Part shown: positions 20,469 through 30,475 of the stretch, piece after piece | Layout: every line of letters starts with the position of its first letter | How positions within the stretch are numbered: position 1 is the stretch's first letter | Assembly: GCA_963804645.1 (NCBI GenBank) | Contig: CAWDRG010000017.1 | Coordinates: 704,001-768,000 of the forward strand | DNA length: 64,000 bases | Direction: 5' to 3' | From: an uncultured Bacillota bacterium | Lineage (GTDB): Bacteria; Sysuimicrobiota; Sysuimicrobiia; Sysuimicrobiales; Segetimicrobiaceae | The notes under the pieces: generated by a model | What the model saw: the letters and a program-made list of their open reading frames with translations, nothing else | Database searches by the model: none | Told to the model about the DNA's origin: nothing | Made by a program: the position numbers and the translations under genes

Positions 20469-21710
20469 ATGAGCGGTTCCCGGCAGGTCACGATCATCGG
20501 CGGCGGCATCGTCGGGATCTGCTGTGCGCTCGCGCTGCGGCGCGACGGCCACGCGGTCACCGTGCTCGACCCCACCCCGGGGGACGGCGCGTCGAAGAGC
20601 AACGCCGGATTCATCTCCTCCGGGAGCTGCGTCCCGATCGCCACCCCCGGCATCGTACAGCGCGTGCCCAAGATGCTGCTGGATCCGCTGGCTCCACTCG
20701 CCATCCGCTGGAGCTATCTGCCGTGGATCGCGCCGTGGCTCGTCCGATTCGTGCGGGCCAGCGCGCCCGCGCGCGTCGAGGCGGCGTCCGTCGCGCTCAA
20801 CGAACTCACCGCCATCGCGCGGGACTGCTACGCGTCGCTCACCGCGGGGACCCCGGCCGCCGAGCACATCCGCACGGGCGGCGTGCTCTACGTCTACCAG
20901 AGCGACGCGTCTTTCGCGGGCGCCGAGTGGGGGTTGGAACTGCGCCGGCGGCGCGGGGTGCGGTTCGAGCTGCTGCACGGAGCCGAGGTCCGCGACCTGG
21001 AGCCCGCCTTGGCCCCGTCCGTGCGCCACGCGGTGTTCTACCGCGAGACGAAGTTCGCCCCGGATCCACGCGCGCTCGTGCTGGCCCTCGCCGAGGAGTT
21101 CACGCGCCTCGGCGGCACCGTGGTCAGGGAAGCCGTGACCGACGTGACGGTCCGCCCGGACGGCCCGCACGCGGTCGACACCACCGGAGGCCGGCGCGAG
21201 GCCGAGGTCGTGGTGTTGGCGGCCGGCGCCTGGTCGCGCCGCCTCGCGGCGCGTCTCGGCGCCCGCGTGCCGCTGGACACGGAGCGCGGGTACGTCGCCA
21301 TGCTCCCCCACCCCGGCGCTCCTCCGCGGCTTCCCGTCCTCTCGGGTGACTACAGCTTCGCGATCACCCCGACGGACGCGGGACTCCGCCTGTCCGGCAC
21401 GGTCGAGCTGGCGGGCCTGCAGGCACCGCCGAACTACGCCCGCGCCCGAAAGCTGATCGACGGAGCGATGCGGGTGCTGGGCTCCATCGATCCCACGGAC
21501 GCCACCTACGCGATGGCATTCCGCCCGTCGATGCCGGATTCACTGCCGGTCATCGGCCCCTCGCCCCGCTGTCCTTCGGTGTTCTTCGCCTTCGGGCACG
21601 GCCACATCGGGTTGACGTGCGGTGCGGTCACGGGCCAGCTGGTGGCGGAGATGGTCGGCGGACGGCCGACCACGATCGACGTCGCGCCGTTTCGGGCGGA
21701 TCGGTTCTAG
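20469..21710 (+). CDS. D-amino acid dehydrogenase (DadA)-family flavoprotein
   Basis: IIGGGIVG, GASKSNAG, ERGY, RPSMPDSLPVIG, FGHGHIGLT..AVTG. Confidence 0.9.
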   Translation: MSGSRQVTIIGGGIVGICCALALRRDGHAVTVLDPTPGDGASKSNAGFISSGSCVPIATPGIVQRVPKMLLDPLAPLAIRWSYLPWIAPWLVRFVRASAPARVEAASVALNELTAIARDCYASLTAGTPAAEHIRTGGVLYVYQSDASFAGAEWGLELRRRRGVRFELLHGAEVRDLEPALAPSVRHAVFYRETKFAPDPRALVLALAEEFTRLGGTVVREAVTDVTVRPDGPHAVDTTGGRREAEVVVLAAGAWSRRLAARLGARVPLDTERGYVAMLPHPGAPPRLPVLSGDYSFAITPTDAGLRLSGTVELAGLQAPPNYARARKLIDGAMRVLGSIDPTDATYAMAFRPSMPDSLPVIGPSPRCPSVFFAFGHGHIGLTCGAVTGQLVAEMVGGRPTTIDVAPFRADRF

Positions 21711-21740
21711 GCGGCGTTCCACCCCGTTCGGAGACCCCGG

Positions 21741-22829
21741 CTACACGCTCCCCTGCGCGGCGAGACGGGCCAGCCGCGCGCGCCAGGCCGGCAGCACGTC
21801 GGGGTTGCTCAGGTACAGCGGCGGCTCACCCGCCAGCCCGCGCGCCAGGTTCTCGGCGACGGTGCGGAGGCTCGCGTCGGCCCCCTCGATGCCGTTGCCC
21901 GCGTTGTGCGGTGTGAGGATCAGGCGGTCGCCGCACAGGACGCGCAGCGGACTGTCGGCGGGCAGCGGCTCCGCGGCGAAGACATCCAGCGCCGCGCCGG
22001 CGATCCGCCGGTCGACGAGCGCCCGCGTCAGGGCACCCTCGTCGACCAGGCCGCCCCGCGACATGTTGATCAGAAACGCGGTCGGCTTCATCAGCCGCAG
22101 CTGCGCGTCCCCGATCAAGCCCCGCGTCTCGGGCGAAAGAAACGCGTGCAGCGAGATCACGTCGGACTCGCGCAGCACCGTCTCGAGCGGCACCAGGCGT
22201 CCGCAGGCGGCCTCGATCCGCGACGTGTCCGTGTACGGGTCGGCCACGAGCAGCCGCACCTCCCAGCCCTGCAGCCGGGCGGCCACCGCCGCGCCCACCC
22301 GACCAAACCCGACGAGCCCGACCGTCTTGCCCCGGATCATGCGCCCGTCGTGCGGGCCGCTCCAGCCCGACTCGAGCAGCGAACGCTCCTTCTGCCGAAT
22401 CTGCTTCATCAGCACGCCGAGGCACGCTACCGTCGCTTCGGCGACCCCGAGGTAGTTCTCGGGCTGTGCCGCGAACCCGATCGGGATGCCGAGCTCCGTC
22501 GCGCTCGCCACGTCGATGTTCTCGAGGCCGAGCCACGGGCTGACGAGGACGCGGAGGCGGCCCGCGGCGGCGAGGACGTCACGCGAATAGTTCTCCTGCG
22601 CTGACGTCACGATCGCGTCCATCCGCCCAAACAGCGCGGCGAGCTCCGCGCGCGGGAACTCCATCTGCACCCCGGGCGCCGCGCGCGGCCCGACCGTGAC
22701 GTCGTACCCGGCGGTGCGCAGGTACGCCGCGACCCGCTCGAAGTTGGGCCCGAAGTTGAACACATTGCCGGACAGAAACACCCGGTGCGGTCCGCCGGGC
22801 GGAGCGCTCGGCAGCATCTCGTTGTCCAT
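21741..22829 (-). CDS. D-isomer-specific 2-hydroxyacid dehydrogenase (SerA-like)
   Basis: GKTVGLVGFGRVG, LINMSRGGLVDE, AALDVFAAEP, LTPHNAG. Confidence 0.92.
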   Translation of the reverse strand: MDNEMLPSAPPGGPHRVFLSGNVFNFGPNFERVAAYLRTAGYDVTVGPRAAPGVQMEFPRAELAALFGRMDAIVTSAQENYSRDVLAAAGRLRVLVSPWLGLENIDVASATELGIPIGFAAQPENYLGVAEATVACLGVLMKQIRQKERSLLESGWSGPHDGRMIRGKTVGLVGFGRVGAAVAARLQGWEVRLLVADPYTDTSRIEAACGRLVPLETVLRESDVISLHAFLSPETRGLIGDAQLRLMKPTAFLINMSRGGLVDEGALTRALVDRRIAGAALDVFAAEPLPADSPLRVLCGDRLILTPHNAGNGIEGADASLRTVAENLARGLAGEPPLYLSNPDVLPAWRARLARLAAQGSV

Positions 22830-22871
22830 GCGCTGACCCCTTCGCGCCGTCGCCGATCGCGCGGCGCGGCC

Positions 22872-24510
22872 CTATTTGAAGATCGAGAAGTTGATTTCGC
22901 GCGCGGTGATGAACTCGAGCAGCGCCGGCACGCCGTCCTGGGTCTTCCGCACGGCGCGCTGGATCGCCGGCACGATCTCCCCGACCTCGGTGACCCGCTC
23001 CCCGTGTCCGCCGAGGTCTCGCGCGACCGCCGCGTAGTTCCCGGAGATGTTGATGCTGCCGTACTTTTCGGCGGCCACGGGCATGACCGGCAGTTCGATC
23101 GCCATCTGCGAGTTGTTGAACAGCACCGAAAGAATCGGGATGCGCTCGCGCACGGCCGTCTCGAAGTCCATGCCGGTGAAGCCGATCGCGGCGTCGCCCC
23201 ACACGTTGACGCAGAGCTTGTCGGGCGCCTGCAGCTTGGCGCCCATCGCCAGCCCCAGGCCGTACCCGAGTTGGGTCGTCTTGCCCCAGCCGATGTAGGA
23301 GAGCGGGGTCGTGGGCTGCCAGAACGGCGAGATCTGATCGCGCGGGCTTCCGGCGTCGTGGGTGATGATGGTATTCGGCACGTCCAACGTGTGCAGCAGA
23401 TCCCAGATCACGCGGTACGGGGACAGCGGCGTCTCGGTCGAGGTCAGCTTCGGCATCCAGTCCTTCAGCCACGCGGCCCGGGCGTCCGCGATCTCCTTGG
23501 CGGTCCGTGCCGCCACCTCTCGACGAGGCTCGCGCACCCGGTCCTTGACCGCGGCGAGCAGCGCCTCCAGCGTCAACGCGGCGTCGCCGAGGAGAACGTG
23601 GTCGGCCGGCAGATCCTTGCCGACATCCGACGGATCGAGCGTCGCGTGCACGATGACCTTCCCCGCCGGGATCTTGACCCCGTAGACGGTCGTCGCAAAG
23701 CTGCAGCCGATCCCGAAGATCACGTCCGCCCGCTGGAGAAAGTCGTAGACGGGCTTCGGCATCGACGCGGCCGCCCGAGCCGAGCGACAAGGCGTGATCC
23801 TCGGGGAACGCGCTCTTCCCCGCGAGGCTTGTCGTCACCGGCGTCCCGAGCCATTCGGCCAGCTCGCGCAGCGCGGCCCAGGCGCGGGCGTAGTGCACGC
23901 CCTGGCCGGCATAGACGACCGGACGCTTTGCGCCGATCAGCAGCTCCGCGACCCGCTCGACTTCCCGGGGATCCGGCCCCGAGCGGGCGGCCACCACGGG
24001 GCGGTACACGAGCGGCTCCGCCACGTCCTCGGCGGTGACGTCGACCGGAAACTCGACGACGACCGGGCGCGGGCGGCCGTTGCGCACCTGCGAGAACGCG
24101 CGGTACATCGCCGCCGGCGCCTCGCTGCCGAGCAGCACCTGCTCCGACCACTTGCTGATGTGCCGGTAGTTCAGGGCGGCGTTGAAGTTCGGCGCGACGT
24201 TCGTCAGGCGGCGCGCGTAGCCTTCCGGCAGGACCAGGATCGGCACCGAGTCCCCGTACGCCTGCGCGATCCCCCCGAACGAATTCTCCGCGCCCGGCCC
24301 GTGCTGCATCGCGAAGACCCCGATGTGCCGGCCCGACGACGTGCGGCTCACCGCGTCGGCCATGTGCAGGCCGGTCCGCTCCTGGCGCACGATGATCGTG
24401 CGGACGTCCGCGATCGCCGCGGCTTCGATGATCGCGTTCGTGGGATATCCGACGAGAAACTGAACGCCTTCCCGCTTCAGAATCTCTGCAACAATGGCCG
24501 CCACGCGCAT
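22872..24510 (-). CDS. ThDP-dependent enzyme (acetolactate synthase-like), one frameshift near 23767
   Basis: RQERTGLHMAD, HGPGAEN, RPRPVVVEFP, then a second frame MPKPV...WGDAAIG...FNN (ThDP-binding motif). Confidence 0.88.
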
Positions 24511-24535
24511 CCGTGGGTTCCCCCCGTTTCGTCGG

Positions 24536-25618
24536 TCACCGGACGGTCGCGCCGTCCGCCGGATAGGTTGCCGCGTCCAGCACGGCCAGCTCGTCCACGT
24601 TCGCGAGGCCGCGCTCGCGCCGGCCCTGCTCCAGGTCGTGAATGATCGCGATCAGCCGTTCGTTCAGCGGCAGCGTCAGGCCGTGCGTGCGTCCGATCGC
24701 CACGACCGCGCCCATGTGCTCATCGATCTCCGTCGGCCGGTGCCGTACGGCCAGATCGCGCCACACTCCGCTCCTGGGCTTCAGCGACTTGCGGTTGACG
24801 GCGACCCGTTGGTCGATCACCCGGTTGATGCCCGCCCAGTCTCTGGGCGTGGTGAATCGCATCACGTCCGGATCGTACCCGGCGAAGCCCTCGCACCGCA
24901 CGCCCTCCGCGTCCGAGACGCGCACGATCTCCCCCGCGAGGTTGGCGAGCATCGGCCGGTAGCACGCGGCCGCCATGACGTCCGCCTGCGTCTCGTCGGT
25001 CGTCGCCGTCGCGCACACCATCGCCACGTAGCCGAGCTTCCCCCAGAGGTACCCCCAGATGTTATCCGTGGTCTGCGTGTGCCCGAGAAACGTCGCCCGG
25101 AACAGGGTGCCGAGCGTCTCAAGGCGCGGCGTCATCCGCCCGTCGAGCTCGCCGAGAAAGAACTCCCCGTGCGCGCCGGAAAACAGGAGGCGGCCCGGGT
25201 CCAGGTAGTCGCCGCCAAAATTGACGAACGAGCCGATCGTCCGGTGCGCCCCGACGCGCGCCGCGATCGCCCGCTCGTTCAGCCCATTCTGCAGCGACAC
25301 GACGTAGCTTCCGTCGCCCATGAGCCGCGCCGCGGGCTCCAGCGCGGACACGGTGTGCTGCGCCTTCACCGCGAGCAGGATCACCTCGGGCGTCCGGCCG
25401 CCCAGCGCGCGCTCCAGACCGTCGGGCCGCACCGCCGGAGCGTGCACGGTGAAGTCGGCGGCGCCCTCGAGGTGCAGGCCAGTCGCGTTGATGGCGTCCA
25501 CGTGCTCGGGGCTGCTGTCCACAAACAACACGGGGTAGCCGGCGCGCACGAGGTGCGCCCCTACCGAACCGCCGACCGCGCCGGCGCCGATCACCGTGAA
25601 ATGCATCGTCTGCTGCAT
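24536..25618 (-). CDS. Ketopantoate reductase-like oxidoreductase, copy 3
   Basis: GAGAVG, LAVKA, SLQNG, LWGKL, RPTEID. Confidence 0.88.
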   Translation of the reverse strand: MQQTMHFTVIGAGAVGGSVGAHLVRAGYPVLFVDSSPEHVDAINATGLHLEGAADFTVHAPAVRPDGLERALGGRTPEVILLAVKAQHTVSALEPAARLMGDGSYVVSLQNGLNERAIAARVGAHRTIGSFVNFGGDYLDPGRLLFSGAHGEFFLGELDGRMTPRLETLGTLFRATFLGHTQTTDNIWGYLWGKLGYVAMVCATATTDETQADVMAAACYRPMLANLAGEIVRVSDAEGVRCEGFAGYDPDVMRFTTPRDWAGINRVIDQRVAVNRKSLKPRSGVWRDLAVRHRPTEIDEHMGAVVAIGRTHGLTLPLNERLIAIIHDLEQGRRERGLANVDELAVLDAATYPADGATVR

Positions 25619-25773
25619 CGCCCTGGACGCTCTCCTCTCGCGCGCAACTGGGCACGCGCGCAGCCCTCTTGCGTGATGCGCTGCGCGTCGATGCCGTGAT
25701 GGGCACACGAAGCAACCGCCGGCGTGGGTGCGATGGTCCCGAACCCCGGGGACGTACGCGAAACATCCCGCCG

Positions 25774-25801
25774 ATTCCACACCCCGGCCGCGATCTCCTC
25801 C
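25774..25801 (-). promoter_or_regulatory. Putative sigmaH-like promoter GGAGGA-N18-GAAT
   Basis: Closest match to the sigmaH consensus in the window; in the divergent intergenic region upstream of PanE-like copy 3. Confidence 0.5.
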
Positions 25802-25931
25802 ACGACGGCACGCCGTCGCCCCGCCGGCGGACGCACCGGCGTGTCGGCCTCTCGCCCGCAGGGCAAGAGTTCGCAGGGCGCGCGGCTAAGAACACCGCTG
25901 CCGCAGGCCCAACGCACCCGAGGGAGGGGAC

Positions 25932-27023
25932 ATGGGAACCGTCAGCTTGGTGGGGGACGTCATGTTCCGCCAGCCGTTCGCGCGCAGCACCGACGCCGCC
26001 ACCCGGGCGTTTCACGCCGCGCTCGAGGCCATGCGCGAGAGCGACCTCGTGGTGGCAAATCTCGAGATGTGCCTGTCCCGTCGGGGCGCCCCCGTCCCGA
26101 AGCGCACCACGCTGCGTCAGGACCCCGACCTCATTCGCGACGTGCAGGCGATGGGCGTGCACGCGGTCACGCTGGCCAACAACCACATGTACGACTACGG
26201 GCCGGACGCGCTCCTCGACACGGTCGAGGCGTGCCGCGCGGCCGGCCTCGCGTACTGCGGCGCCGGCGCGGATCTGGAGGCCGCCCTCGCGCCCGCCCTC
26301 CTCCGCGCGGGTGAGGTCCCCGTCGCCGTGCTGAACGTCGCGACGACGCTTCCGATCGAGTCCGCAGCGCGGCCCGGCAAGCCCGGCATCGCGCCGATCG
26401 AGGTCACGTACGCGTTCGAGCTCGACATCAACCTGATGGTCGAACAGCCGGGCACCGTGCCGGTCGTGCACACCGAGGTGGTGCCGAAAGACCAGGCTGC
26501 GGTGTGCGACCGCGTCGCGGCGCTGCGCGGCGCCGGCCATACCGTGCTCGTCGCGATTCACTGGGGCGCGGCGGAACGATGGATGTCCCCCCTGCGGGGA
26601 TGGACCGGACCGAATCAATCGAGCCTGAAGCCGCTCGGGGCGCGGTATCTCGCCGACTACCAACGCCCGCTCGGGCACGCGCTGGTGGACGCGGGCGCCG
26701 AGCTCGTGTTCGGCCACCACTCGCACGCGCTGGCGCCGGTCGAGGTGTACCGCGGCAAAGCAATCGTCCACAGCGCCGGGAACTTCCTGTTCGAGACTCC
26801 GACGCCGGTGCTGATGGCGCCGGAGTCCGTGATCGTGCAGGCACACTTCGGCGCTCGCCCCGGCCTCGTCGTCGTCCCCGTGGTCCTGAATCGCCGCGGA
26901 TTCCCGGAGCTGGCGACCGGGGACGAGGCGCAGCGTGTGATCGGCTGGCTTGGGGAGCTGTCGCGGGAGTTCGGGACCGTGTTCGTTCCGGAAGGCGACC
27001 GCGCGCGTCTCGTCCTGGCCTGA
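25932..27023 (+). CDS. CapA/PGA_cap family metallophosphatase-fold protein
   Basis: GDVM, ANLE, LANNHMYDYG, IHWG, GHHSH, SAGNFLF. RBS AGGGAGG. No N-terminal TM segment or signal peptide. Confidence 0.9.
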   Translation: MGTVSLVGDVMFRQPFARSTDAATRAFHAALEAMRESDLVVANLEMCLSRRGAPVPKRTTLRQDPDLIRDVQAMGVHAVTLANNHMYDYGPDALLDTVEACRAAGLAYCGAGADLEAALAPALLRAGEVPVAVLNVATTLPIESAARPGKPGIAPIEVTYAFELDINLMVEQPGTVPVVHTEVVPKDQAAVCDRVAALRGAGHTVLVAIHWGAAERWMSPLRGWTGPNQSSLKPLGARYLADYQRPLGHALVDAGAELVFGHHSHALAPVEVYRGKAIVHSAGNFLFETPTPVLMAPESVIVQAHFGARPGLVVVPVVLNRRGFPELATGDEAQRVIGWLGELSREFGTVFVPEGDRARLVLA

Positions 27024-27179
27024 GGCGCGACGCCGGTCGGGCGTGGATCGGGATCAGACGATCACGACGCCCTCGTCATGTTCGAGCGCCACGACCGCGC
27101 GCCCCTTCACCTCGCGTCACAGCTCCGCGGGCGGCGGATCCGCACCGCAGGCATCTTAATGAATCTCGCATAGTATAGT

Positions 27180-27261
27180 TGCGTATTTCGCTGATCGTGA
27201 TCACTGATTTCGCTCGATCGTGATCACCCGTTTCGGTGATCGTGATCGGAGCGAAGCGACG
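27180..27261 (+). repeat. IS21-family-like terminal repeat array (orphan end)
   Basis: Starts TGCGTATTTCG. Three direct repeats TTTCG(C/G)T(C)GATCGTGATC at 27186, 27208 and 27231, then GGAGCGAAGCGACG. Confidence 0.7.
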
Positions 27262-27726
27262 ATCCCGGAGCAGCGCCGCCAGCAGGCGGCGCGGATGTTC
27301 GCGCGCGGTGATCTCCAAGCGGCCGTCGCCCGCGCGCTGCGGGTCAGCCGGCAAAGCGTGAGCCGCTGGTACGACGCCCTGCAGCGCGGCGGCGCCGCCG
27401 CGTTGCAGGGCGTCGGCCGGGCTGGGTGCAAGCCACGCCTCACCCCGACGCAACTGGCGCACGTCGACCAGGCGCTCCGCGCGGGCACCCGCGCGCACAG
27501 ATTTGCGACGGACCTCTGGACGCTGCCACGGGTCGCGACGGTAATCGAGCGGCGCACGGGGGTGACTTATCATCCGGGCCATGTCTGGCGGGTCCTCCGG
27601 GCGCTCGGCTGGACGCTCCAGCGACCGGCGACACAAGCGCGCGAGCGCAACGCAGCCACGATTCGCGACTGGGTTGCCCACCGCTGGCCGGCGGTAAAAA
27701 AAACTATCGCGGAAACCCCGCGCTAG
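27220..27726 (+). pseudogene. IS630 transposase N-terminal HTH part (orfA)
   Basis: QAAVARALRVSRQSVSRW, GCKPRLT, LWTLPRV..VI....GV.YHPGHVWRVL..LGWTLQRP..QARER...W....WPAVKK, ending at the A8 slippery run near 27696-27703. Confidence 0.88.
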
Positions 27727-27798
27727 CAAGTTGTCAGCGCCTACGCCCGCTCATCCGTCGGTAGGAGGCGGTCGGCTGGCTCCCGAACCCACGGTCTG

Positions 27799-29130
27799 AT
27801 GCATCGCGTGCTCTCCGCCTTGGCAGCCGCGGCGGTCTGGTCGCTGGCGCTCAGCGTTGGCTGCGGAGCGGCGCCGGTCGCACCGGCCGATCGTGTCGTC
27901 TACGTTGACGGCTCGTCGGAAAAATTGTGCCAACTCGTCGGCGAAACCGATCGGCAGTCTGGTCAATCGACGGCCAACCGAACGGCCACACGATTCGGGT
28001 TGATCGGCAGCGACCTCGGCTATTCATTCGAGCACGACGGGAAGCTATTCTTTCTGTTCGGTGACTCAGTGCCGACCCCCAAATTCCGCGGGCGACCCAA
28101 CGGTCCCACAGATCCGCCCCGCACGCGTGACGATAACGACGCCATCGCGTTCACGTCGGATACTGCATCGGACAGGTGCCCAACGCTCGAGTTCATCCGC
28201 AACGCGATCGGTGCCTACAAGAACCCAGTCGTCCTGAACGCCCAGGATCGGCCGGTCATCACGCTCGCGGGCGACGAGGTCCCGACCGCAGGCATCAGTG
28301 AGAACGGGCGGATGTACGTGATCTTCGGGACGGATAGCCCCACGCACTTCGAAAAGCCCCCGAACCACCTTGTCTTTGCCACGCGCACGGTAATGGCGGT
28401 GTCGGACGACGACGCGAATACGTGGCGCTACTTATATGATTTCTCGAAGGGACCCGATGCGAAGTTCATCAACACGGCGATCGCCGAGGGGGCAGACGGG
28501 TATCTCTACTTCTGGGGGACCCGGGGGGGTCCGTTCTACTACAAGAGCCCCGCGTTCATGGCGCGCATGCAGGCCGCCGACCTTGGTAGACTTGACGGCG
28601 CGCAGTCGTTGGAGTACCTCGCGGACGTGAGTGCAGACGGGCGCCCGCGGTTCTCCAAGTCCGAGGCCGATGCCGCGCCGCTCTTCCACGACTATCTGCA
28701 GGACGCTTCCCAACCACACGACTGCATGGGCGAACTCGGCGTCCACTGGAACGGGTTCGTCAAGCGCTGGGTGATGCTGTACAACTGTCTGAACGACACG
28801 CCCGGGGCGCCTCGCGGGATCCGGATGCGCGTGTCGGAGCGGCCGTGGGGACCGTGGAGTGCGCCGCAGACGATCTTTAGTCCGGACAGGGATCGCGGAT
28901 ACTGCGTCTTCATGCACCGGGCGGTGGACGCCCGCAATCCGAAGCCGTGCGACGACCTGGCCGGGCCGGACCGGGCGGGCGTGTCGGGCCGCGCGTACGG
29001 GCCGTACGTCATCTCCCGCTTCACCACCGGCGACGCCGCCCAGGGCACCTCGACGTTGTACTACACGATGTCGACCTGGAACCCGTACACCCAGGTCATC
29101 ATGAGGAGCACCATCCGGCTCTCACCATAG
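27799..29130 (+). CDS. Secreted DUF4185-domain protein
   Basis: Hydrophobic N-terminus with possible lipobox LSVGC. GSDLG...LFFLFGDS, PTAGI, GELGVHW, PWGPWSAP, YGPY, YYTMSTWNPY. Visibly less GC-rich than the flanks. Confidence 0.75.
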   Translation: MHRVLSALAAAAVWSLALSVGCGAAPVAPADRVVYVDGSSEKLCQLVGETDRQSGQSTANRTATRFGLIGSDLGYSFEHDGKLFFLFGDSVPTPKFRGRPNGPTDPPRTRDDNDAIAFTSDTASDRCPTLEFIRNAIGAYKNPVVLNAQDRPVITLAGDEVPTAGISENGRMYVIFGTDSPTHFEKPPNHLVFATRTVMAVSDDDANTWRYLYDFSKGPDAKFINTAIAEGADGYLYFWGTRGGPFYYKSPAFMARMQAADLGRLDGAQSLEYLADVSADGRPRFSKSEADAAPLFHDYLQDASQPHDCMGELGVHWNGFVKRWVMLYNCLNDTPGAPRGIRMRVSERPWGPWSAPQTIFSPDRDRGYCVFMHRAVDARNPKPCDDLAGPDRAGVSGRAYGPYVISRFTTGDAAQGTSTLYYTMSTWNPYTQVIMRSTIRLSP

Positions 29131-29347
29131 AGCTCGAACGTCGCGAACCCTCGACGAGGACTCGAGCACTCGCGACCCCCCGGTCTTCCTCGATGGCCCG
29201 ATGCTCGCCCGCGCGCGGTCTCCGGTTCCGACCAGTTGGCCTGGGATCGGGATCGACCGGGTCGGCGGCGTCCGAGGCATGCCCATCGACACCGGGAAAG
29301 GCCCCGCCGCAAGACAGAGAAAGAACAGCGGGTGCCCGGGCAGTGCC

Positions 29348-29593
29348 GCCAGCGGCCTCGGCAAGGCGGCCGAGGTCCACGCCCGTTCCGGTTCCCAGGC
29401 CGTCGAGCATGGAGACGAGATCCCTGGTGGCCACGTTGCGCGACGTGCTCCGAGCATGCGGCCACCCCCCGAGCCTCCCGGCCGAAGCGTCGACGACCGT
29501 CACCCCGCAGGCACGCGCCGCCAGCACCTTCGCGAGGCCCATGCCGCGGGTGTTGTGAGAGCGCACGGCCAGGACCCGCACGGGGAGCTCCTC
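29348..29593 (-). pseudogene. HMG-CoA lyase-like C-terminal fragment
   Basis: Degenerate HxHDTRG...D.S.GGLGGCP....GNVATED...L...G..TGVDL motifs (RSHNTRG, GRLGGWP, RNVATRD). No N-terminal half. Confidence 0.75.
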
Positions 29594-29627
29594 CGACGGG
29601 TACACTACGTCCTCGGGTGCAAGACGT

Positions 29628-29693
29628 GTGATGGATCCCGAGGAGGCGGCAGTCATTCGCCGAATCGTTGAAATCTACCAGAACGGCCTCTCC
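29628..29693 (+). pseudogene. Possible large serine recombinase remnant
   Basis: DPEEAAVIRRIVEIYQNGLS resembles the first helix of the recombinase domain, but the match is only about 22 aa. Confidence 0.35.
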
Positions 29694-30079
29694 ACCCCGC
29701 ACCACGACCTCCACGTGGACGTACGCTCATGGGATGGCCCTCAACCACAACCAACGGCTGTCGCAAGAAGGCGAACGGTACCCGCAATAGTCCGCTGTAC
29801 ATTGGCCACGTGGTCTGGCGTCGATTAGGAAGACGTCGTCGTCTAAAGCATGATTCTCGCGGGGCTATCTAGTGCTACAAAGTCACATTTAGGATGAGTC
29901 ATTGTTGATCACGCCGAGCACGAATTGGCCGCACACGATGCAGCGACCGGTCCAGGTCTTCAGGAGATACTGTAGTTGCGCCCGCACCTGCGGGACGGTG
30001 GGGACGCGCGCCGTTTTTTTGTGCGAAACCACAGCTGATGCCGGCGCCCGTCCCACCGGAAGCCGAGCGCAGCGCGCAG

Positions 30080-30445
30080 CGCACCGCGCCCGGGGACTGT
30101 ACGCGCCATCGCGTCCTCGCGGTGTTGAAGGCGCTAGCCCGTCATCTCCGCGGCCGGCGCGCGATCTTGATCTGGGATCAGCTGCCGGCGCACAAAAGTG
30201 TGTTGGTCCGCGACTGGCTCGCCGCGCAACGCCCCTGGCTGCAGGTCGAGTGGCTCCCCGGGTACGCGCCGGAGCTGAACCCCGCCGAACCCATGTGGAG
30301 TAACGTCAAGGGGACGGAGTTGGCGAACCGCTGCTCCGATGATCTGGCTGATGCCGCCTCGGCCCTCCGGCGCGGCATGCGCCGCGCGCGCCGGTCCCGC
30401 ACCCTCGCGTGGGCGTTCCTGCGCCATACCGGCCTTTCTTCTTTA
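30080..30445 (+). pseudogene. IS630 transposase C-terminal DDE part, lacking the first Asp region
   Basis: ILIWDQLPAH, EWLPGYAPELNPAEPMWSNVK (DDE_3 signature), AFLRHTGL adjacent to the right inverted repeat. Confidence 0.88.
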
Positions 30446-30475
30446 TCGAGTTGTCACTGTATTATACGAGACTCA

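Noticed and set aside
17672..20704. Apparent 1010-aa SBP fusion
   Set aside because: The upstream half is antisense to the OCD and DadA genes; the signal peptide puts the true start at 19216.
25932..27023. Poly-gamma-glutamate capsule synthesis locus
   Set aside because: capB/capC are absent and CapA has no membrane anchor.
27186..27247. Short direct repeats as a mini-CRISPR or iterons
   Set aside because: Spacers are only about 3 bp and there are no cas or rep genes; an IS21-type end fits better.
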